Shown: positions 35,801 to 40,269 of the stretch, one piece after another
How positions within the stretch are numbered: the stretch's first letter is position 1
Layout: the number at the start of each line of letters is the position of its first letter
Assembly: GCA_964372275.1 (NCBI GenBank)
Contig: CAYJRR010000001.1
Location: forward strand, 68,962-109,230
From: an uncultured bacterium
GTDB lineage: Bacteria > CAYJRR01
Direction of reading: 5' to 3'
DNA: 40,269 nucleotides
The notes under the pieces: generated by a model
What the model was told of the DNA's origin: nothing
Seen by the model: only the letters and a program-made list of their open reading frames with translations
Database searches by the model: none
Program-made: the position numbers and the translations under genes

Positions 35801-35966
35801 GGAACGGCATCGTCGTGCCGCCGACGCCTTCGCCTCACAGGCGCACGGCAGGGCGGGCGCGACGGACGGAACGCCCCGAACGCATTACGAAATCTCGGAG
35901 GACGTGCGCATCGCCTTGCGCTTGGCGAGGCGCGAACGCTCGGACCGCGGTACCGGTCCGCGCTAG
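32862..35966 (+). CDS. Class III adenylate cyclase, STAND (NB-ARC-like) ATPase and TPR protein (1034 aa)
   Basis: GTG overlaps the ALDH stop (TAGTG); FTDVQGST, VKTEGDAFM, DYYGPMVNRAAR; Walker A GPGGTGKT, Walker B LVLLDNFE, LDGIPLAIELAAAR; C-terminal TPRs. Confidence 0.9.
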   Translation: MERAAPTGTVAIVFTDVQGSTQLWERREESMRRALAIHDRILRESIAAADGYEVKTEGDAFMASFRSSFAAARFCLASQTALLSADWPAEILEDGLAAEERGPDGLPIRRGLRVRMGIHAGEPECRENELSGRMDYYGPMVNRAARISAAAHGGQILVSERVWNEIRERLPELGDPAPTPLGVHRLKDIETPERLVQLVPAAVRGRTFPPIKTIDLPTTNLPPETSGFVGRAADLEAVERLFERGERLVTLLGPGGTGKTRLSLRFGRVHLDGYSREGGGVWFCDLTEARSLDGVCAAVGRALGLSLTTGKTSDDLVTQIGHALAGRGRVLVLLDNFEQIVVHAAATVGRWREFAPEARFLVSSQERLKLPGECGHELLPLSLPSDGAVADSEAVQLFVQRATAIRPGFVLGPADEAAVAEIVRQLDGIPLAIELAAARIGVLPPAKILERLPRRFDLLVGARRDASSRQATLRGAIDWSWALLSPAEQDAFAQASVFQGGFSIDAAEAVLDLSAHDGSPWPLDVVQALRDRSLLRAWEPPDLPGELRFGMYTSIREYAAEKLRNSGRETDVRRRHAAHYLEAGTAWAEGVEVHGGLERLRRLALDLENLLAVLRDAAAEKPPTADSATRALRALVAVDPVLSTRGPFGTHLSLLDEGIAAADAASPVDPRLHARVLGLRGWAHRLRGQADQATADLERALAMARGAGDRAMEALALDRLGFVEYQRGHMDGAQARLDESARIAREAGLEQVESQALGFLGIVAGDTGQPEIGRANFVAGLSLARKVGNRRQEGVLLANLGRLHAQQGRSSDALAAFKQALAIYREIGERALEGNTLGRMGNLLHDQGTLDEALLFYEKAMAIQREVGNRWAHAIFQASVAQVHHELGNVESAREAYDRALALSSDVGSDRSRAYYRGCLGALFAQSGDIENAERCFQDADRLLAGTREARYRVVIDVLRASLEDARARRAAESGDRVHEERHRRAADAFASQAHGRAGATDGTPRTHYEISEDVRIALRLARRERSDRGTGPR

Positions 35967-35999
35967 AATGGTACCGACGACCAAGCGGGAGGACCCGGC

Positions 36000-36947
36000 A
36001 TGGGTCGGTGTCGGAAGCATCAACTCGTCGTCCTGCTGTCGCTCTTGCTGGGCGCCTGTTTTCTCGCCGAGACGCCGCCGGACGCGGCGAACGGCGATGA
36101 CGACGACGTCCCGATCCCCGGAGACGACGACGACGACGGTGAGACGCCGTCCCCCGAAGCGGTGAGCGACGACGGGAGCCTGGTGCTGGCGTCGATGGCG
36201 GAAGGGGCGCCGCTCGGGTTCGAGCCGCCCGGCGCGCAGGGGGGCTTCTTCCAGGCGCCGTGCTTCGCCGTCGAGCAGGATGGGTCGGATACCACCGACC
36301 TCGACGACGACTGCTTCCCGGTCGACGCGACCTACGACTATTCGAACTGCACCAACTCCTCGGAAAACCACTCCACCACCTACAGCGCCTCGCGAAAGTA
36401 CGTCGACGGCGACGAGTCCGCCGACGGCTTCGAGTACGCCTCGCCCGCCGTTTCGCTCGACCAGGTCACCAGCGAGTCGATCTCCACCTTCGGTCCCGGG
36501 GAGTCGGAGTCGTTCGCCACCTCCGGAGCCTGGACCGGCCGCCAGGATCCGGGCGAGGACCCCCAGCTGAACGAGGTGAACACCCTGGAGTCGTTCGAGC
36601 GCTCGGAGATGGGGGCGACGACCGTCTCCGCCTCCGGCAGCTACGACTGGGACGTCACCTACCACCCCACCGGCACCTGGACGAAGTGCGCGGCCGTCGA
36701 CCAGGGGACGCTGGAGATCGCGGGCGTCGCCAGCTCGCTTGTGGTCAACGGCCACACCCGGACCCACGTCACGATCGTCACCACCGAGCCGCTCGTCCTG
36801 AACAAGACGACCTGCGCGTCGAACTACGTCGTCGACGGCACGCTCCGCGCCACCTACCAGACCAACGGCGGGACGGCGACGATGTGGGTGCGCTGGAACG
36901 GGTGCGGCGACCGCGAAGGACTTCGCGAGGATCCGCCGGCCGATTGA
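36000..36947 (+). CDS. Acidic, Thr/Ser-rich hypothetical lipoprotein (315 aa)
   Basis: GGAGG SD; VVLLSLLLGA-C lipobox; GDDDD runs; beta-rich body with several Cys; TAGAAT at 35964-35969. Confidence 0.75.
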   Translation: MGRCRKHQLVVLLSLLLGACFLAETPPDAANGDDDDVPIPGDDDDDGETPSPEAVSDDGSLVLASMAEGAPLGFEPPGAQGGFFQAPCFAVEQDGSDTTDLDDDCFPVDATYDYSNCTNSSENHSTTYSASRKYVDGDESADGFEYASPAVSLDQVTSESISTFGPGESESFATSGAWTGRQDPGEDPQLNEVNTLESFERSEMGATTVSASGSYDWDVTYHPTGTWTKCAAVDQGTLEIAGVASSLVVNGHTRTHVTIVTTEPLVLNKTTCASNYVVDGTLRATYQTNGGTATMWVRWNGCGDREGLREDPPAD

Positions 36948-37222
36948 TCGACCGGCGGACCTCCGCCTGGCGCCGAGGAACCGATTCGGATCGCCTTCGC
37001 CGATCCCCGGCAGCAGGCGATCGGCAACTCCGCCGCGCCAGCGGCGATCGACGCCCGCCGCATTCCGGGATCACGACCGATTTCGCTGTCGGGGCGCGGC
37101 CCCGTCCGCGCGCGGAGGACAGCCGTGCCCGGACCGGGATGTCCCGTGGCCCGCGGTCGCGCGCGAAAACGACGCTTCGCCCGCCGGTTGCGGATGGCAC
37201 GGCGCGTGCTGAACGCCGGCTC

Positions 37223-37792
37223 ATGTCGACCCGATCGCCTCTCCGCCGGTCGCGGCGGATCGTCGCCTCGCTTCTCCTGTCGTCTGCGTCCGCCACCTCG
37301 CTGTCGTCGGCTGCCGCCGCCGCCGACATCGGCGCCTATCTATCCGCGGTACGGGAGGCGTCCGAGGCGCGCGAGCGAGAGGCGATCCGGATCGAAGACG
37401 AGGCCTATTGGCTCGCGCAGGCGGCCGCGCTTCAAACGGACACGGCCGCGCACGGACCGGCCGCGATCGCGGCCGCCCTGTTCCGCCACCATCTTGCGCT
37501 TGCCGAACGGATATCGGCCGAGGGGCCGGACGGGCCGGCGGGGGGCTATCGACACTTCCTCGCCGCCATGCGCCGTGGCGAAGACCGCAAGCGGCTCGCC
37601 ACCGTCGATGCCGCCCTCCAGCGAGCCCTCGCCGACGCGGTCGTGGCCGAACGCAATGCCCACGGTTCGGCGGCGCTGCTCGGCCTGGGGCCGACGGCCG
37701 GCGTCGTGGTGGACCGCGCCGCGGACTCGCGCCCCCGCTCGTGGGACCGCGCGGGACCGGTCGCCGGCCAGGGCGGCGGGCACTCCCGGTAG
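37223..37792 (+). CDS. Hypothetical exported helical protein (~189 aa)
   Basis: MSTRSPLRRSRRIVASLLLSSASATSLSSAAAAA signal-like N-terminus; fills the gap before ribD; no motif recognised. Confidence 0.5.
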   Translation: MSTRSPLRRSRRIVASLLLSSASATSLSSAAAAADIGAYLSAVREASEAREREAIRIEDEAYWLAQAAALQTDTAAHGPAAIAAALFRHHLALAERISAEGPDGPAGGYRHFLAAMRRGEDRKRLATVDAALQRALADAVVAERNAHGSAALLGLGPTAGVVVDRAADSRPRSWDRAGPVAGQGGGHSR

Positions 37793-37952
37793 ATCGCACG
37801 AAAACGGGTGGAGTCGGCACCGGCAGCGGACCCGACCCCGGTCGGCTCCTCGGCGCGCAACGCCATCGCCCGGCACTTGCGCGTAGGCCTGCAACGCGGC
37901 ATAGTCCCGTGCCTTTTTTTCCTCGAGAGGCACCGTCCGGCCGTTCTTTCCC

Positions 37953-39101
37953 ATGAGCGTGGCGCGCCCCCAAGACGAGAAGTTCATGCGCATGGCGCTC
38001 GCCCTGGCGCGCCGGGGTCTCGGCAGCACCAGCCCCAACCCCATGGTCGGCACCGTCATCGTGCGCGACGGTCGCGTTCTGTCCCGCGGTTGGCACCGCG
38101 CGGCGGGCCTTCCCCATGCGGAGGTCGAAGCGCTCTCGCGTCTGGCCGGTCAGAGCCTCCGGGACGCCACCCTGTACGTGAACCTCGAACCGTGCTGCCA
38201 CCAGGGTCGCACCGGACCCTGTACCGACGCGATCCTCGCCAGCGGCATACCGGAGGTGGTGATCGGCGCGATCGATCCCAATCCCCGGGTCAACGGACAG
38301 GGGATCGCGCGCCTGAAGGACCGTGGTGTCCGGGTTCGCACCGGCGTCCTGGAGGAGAGCTGCCGTCGATTCAACGAGGCGTTCTTCCGGTTCGTGACCA
38401 CCGGTCGACCGCACGTCACGCTCAAGGTGGCGGTCTCCCTCGACGGCCGAATCGCGGGCGGCCAGGAGGGCGCGCCGCGCTGGATCACCGGGGAGGCCTC
38501 GCGCGCCTGGGTTCATCGCCAGCGGAACGGCGTCGACGCCATCCTGGTCGGCGCCGGAACGGTCGCCAGCGACGATCCGCTCCTCACCACCCGACTGCCG
38601 CGCCGCGGCGACGGATCGACGAGCGCTCGTTCCGGCCGCACCGGACGGCGCGTCGTGCTCGACCCGTCGCTCCGCACCCCGCCGACGGCGCGCGTAATCG
38701 CCCCGGTCGCCGGCAGCCCGCCGACGACGCTGTTCGCCGCCGAGGACGCGCCCCCCGAGCGCGAGCGGGCGATCGTCTCCGCGGGCGGGGAGGTGATCCG
38801 CGTCCCCCGGGCGGCCGACGCCGCGTCCGGGAGCAAAGGACTCGATCTCGGAACGGTGCTCGAGTACCTCGCGCGGGGCGGGGTGGTGAGCCTGCTCGTC
38901 GAGGGCGGAGCGAAGATCTTTGCCGCCTTCCTGCGCGCGCGCGTGGTCGATCGCGTCGCCGTCTTCGTCGCCGGCCGGGTGCTGGGTACGGGGATCCCCT
39001 GGATCGACGCGCTGCCGTCCGGCTTCCGGATCCAGGGGCTCGCGACGCGCCGATTCGGCGACGACGTCCTGTTCGAGGGACGGCCGGAGTGGAGCGCCTG
39101 A
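37953..39101 (+). CDS. ribD: Bifunctional pyrimidine deaminase/reductase RibD
   Basis: PNPMVG, HAEVEAL, LEPCCHQGRTGPC, SLDGRI, DDPLLTTR, LLVEGG. Confidence 0.96.
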   Translation: MSVARPQDEKFMRMALALARRGLGSTSPNPMVGTVIVRDGRVLSRGWHRAAGLPHAEVEALSRLAGQSLRDATLYVNLEPCCHQGRTGPCTDAILASGIPEVVIGAIDPNPRVNGQGIARLKDRGVRVRTGVLEESCRRFNEAFFRFVTTGRPHVTLKVAVSLDGRIAGGQEGAPRWITGEASRAWVHRQRNGVDAILVGAGTVASDDPLLTTRLPRRGDGSTSARSGRTGRRVVLDPSLRTPPTARVIAPVAGSPPTTLFAAEDAPPERERAIVSAGGEVIRVPRAADAASGSKGLDLGTVLEYLARGGVVSLLVEGGAKIFAAFLRARVVDRVAVFVAGRVLGTGIPWIDALPSGFRIQGLATRRFGDDVLFEGRPEWSA

Positions 39102-39769
39102 TGTTCACCGGCATCGTCGAAGAGGTCGGACTCCTTGCCGCCTTCCGCCGGGAAGGGACGGGTGCGCGCGCGACGATCGAGACCCTGCTTGCACGCGGCG
39201 GCGGGATCGGCCTCGGAGACAGCGTTTCGGTCGAGGGCTGCTGCCTGACCGCGGTCCGGGTCGACGATCGCTCGTTCGATGCCGACCTCTCGGCCGAGAC
39301 GCTGGAGAAGACCACCTTCGGCGCCGCCTCCGCCGGCAGGCCGGTCAACCTCGAGCGCGCCCTCGCCGCCGGCAGCCGGCTCGGCGGACACCTGGTGCAG
39401 GGGCACGTCGACTCGGTCGGCCACGTCGTGAAGATCGTCTCCGCCGGCGAGTCGCGGATCGTCACCTTCCGCGCCGACGCCGCGCTCCGCCCCTACGTCG
39501 CCGCCAAGGGGAGCGTCGCGGTGAACGGCGTCTCCCTCACCGTCAACGACGTCGCGGACGCCGACGGCGGATCGCCGCCGGCGGTCGACCTCTCGGTCAT
39601 GCTCGTTCCGTTCACCCTGGCGCACACCACCTTCGGGTCGGCGCGCGAAGGGGATCCCGTCAACCTGGAGACCGACGTCGTGGCGAAGTACGTGCTGCGC
39701 TCGGTCGCCGCCGTCCTCGGCGACAAGCTCCTGGGCGGACTCACCCTCGAACGCCTCAAGGAGCTTTGA
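39101..39769 (+). CDS. ribE: Riboflavin synthase (alpha chain)
   Basis: MFTGIVEE N-terminus; [35 protein letters not shown]. Confidence 0.96.
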   Translation: MFTGIVEEVGLLAAFRREGTGARATIETLLARGGGIGLGDSVSVEGCCLTAVRVDDRSFDADLSAETLEKTTFGAASAGRPVNLERALAAGSRLGGHLVQGHVDSVGHVVKIVSAGESRIVTFRADAALRPYVAAKGSVAVNGVSLTVNDVADADGGSPPAVDLSVMLVPFTLAHTTFGSAREGDPVNLETDVVAKYVLRSVAAVLGDKLLGGLTLERLKEL

Positions 39770-39772
39770 GCC

Positions 39773-40269
<497 letters not shown>

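Noticed and set aside
23763-35966. Extended ORFs 23763-26744, 27754-29913, 29917-32844 and 31776-35966 read as multidomain fusions
   Set aside because: Only the C-terminal parts (glyA, permease, mltA, cyclase-STAND) carry motifs; the extensions overlap other genes in other frames
36980-36993. 14-bp match ACCGATTCGGATCG with 13679-13692
   Set aside because: Short enough to be expected by chance in 40 kb
37793-37952. FMN riboswitch upstream of ribD
   Set aside because: The conserved RFN core segments could not be found by eye; only a short GTGCCT/AGGCAC stem and a weak TTGCGC-N17-CATAGT promoter-like match. An Rfam RF00050 scan would settle it

Overview
High-GC (roughly 70% by eye), gene-dense bacterial scaffold with one 10-N gap at 5299-5308. 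The gene content (PEGA Ser/Thr kinase, AgmX/PglI-C protein, fabF-rpiB...glyA...rib order) suggests a Myxococcota/Deltaproteobacteria-like organism; this is an inference. The housekeeping backbone is yceD-rpmF-plsX-fabG-acpP-fabF-rpiB, then glyA, then ribD-ribE-ribB(A). Accessory blocks split or flank it: (i) a diheme c-type cytochrome convergent on an operon of two TlpA-like redoxins and an outer-membrane barrel with a lone CxxxxC pair; (ii) a PEGA kinase facing a PEGA/barrel-like protein and an NHL-repeat lipoprotein; (iii) an atypical TDO-family gene coupled to a kynureninase-like PLP enzyme; (iv) two tandem paralogous Ig-like lipoproteins, a PilZ-TM-TPR protein and sppA; (v) an ABC transporter with a divergently placed ATPase, mltA, an ALDH7-type dehydrogenase and a class III cyclase-STAND-TPR protein. 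Non-coding highlights are three long intergenic hairpins built from short tandem repeats (one AT-rich with a perfect 26-bp stem) and a recurrent TANNNT box 6-8 nt before start codons, suggesting frequent leaderless transcripts. No rRNA, tRNA, CRISPR array, transposase or integrase was recognised. All family calls come from motif recognition, not database searches.
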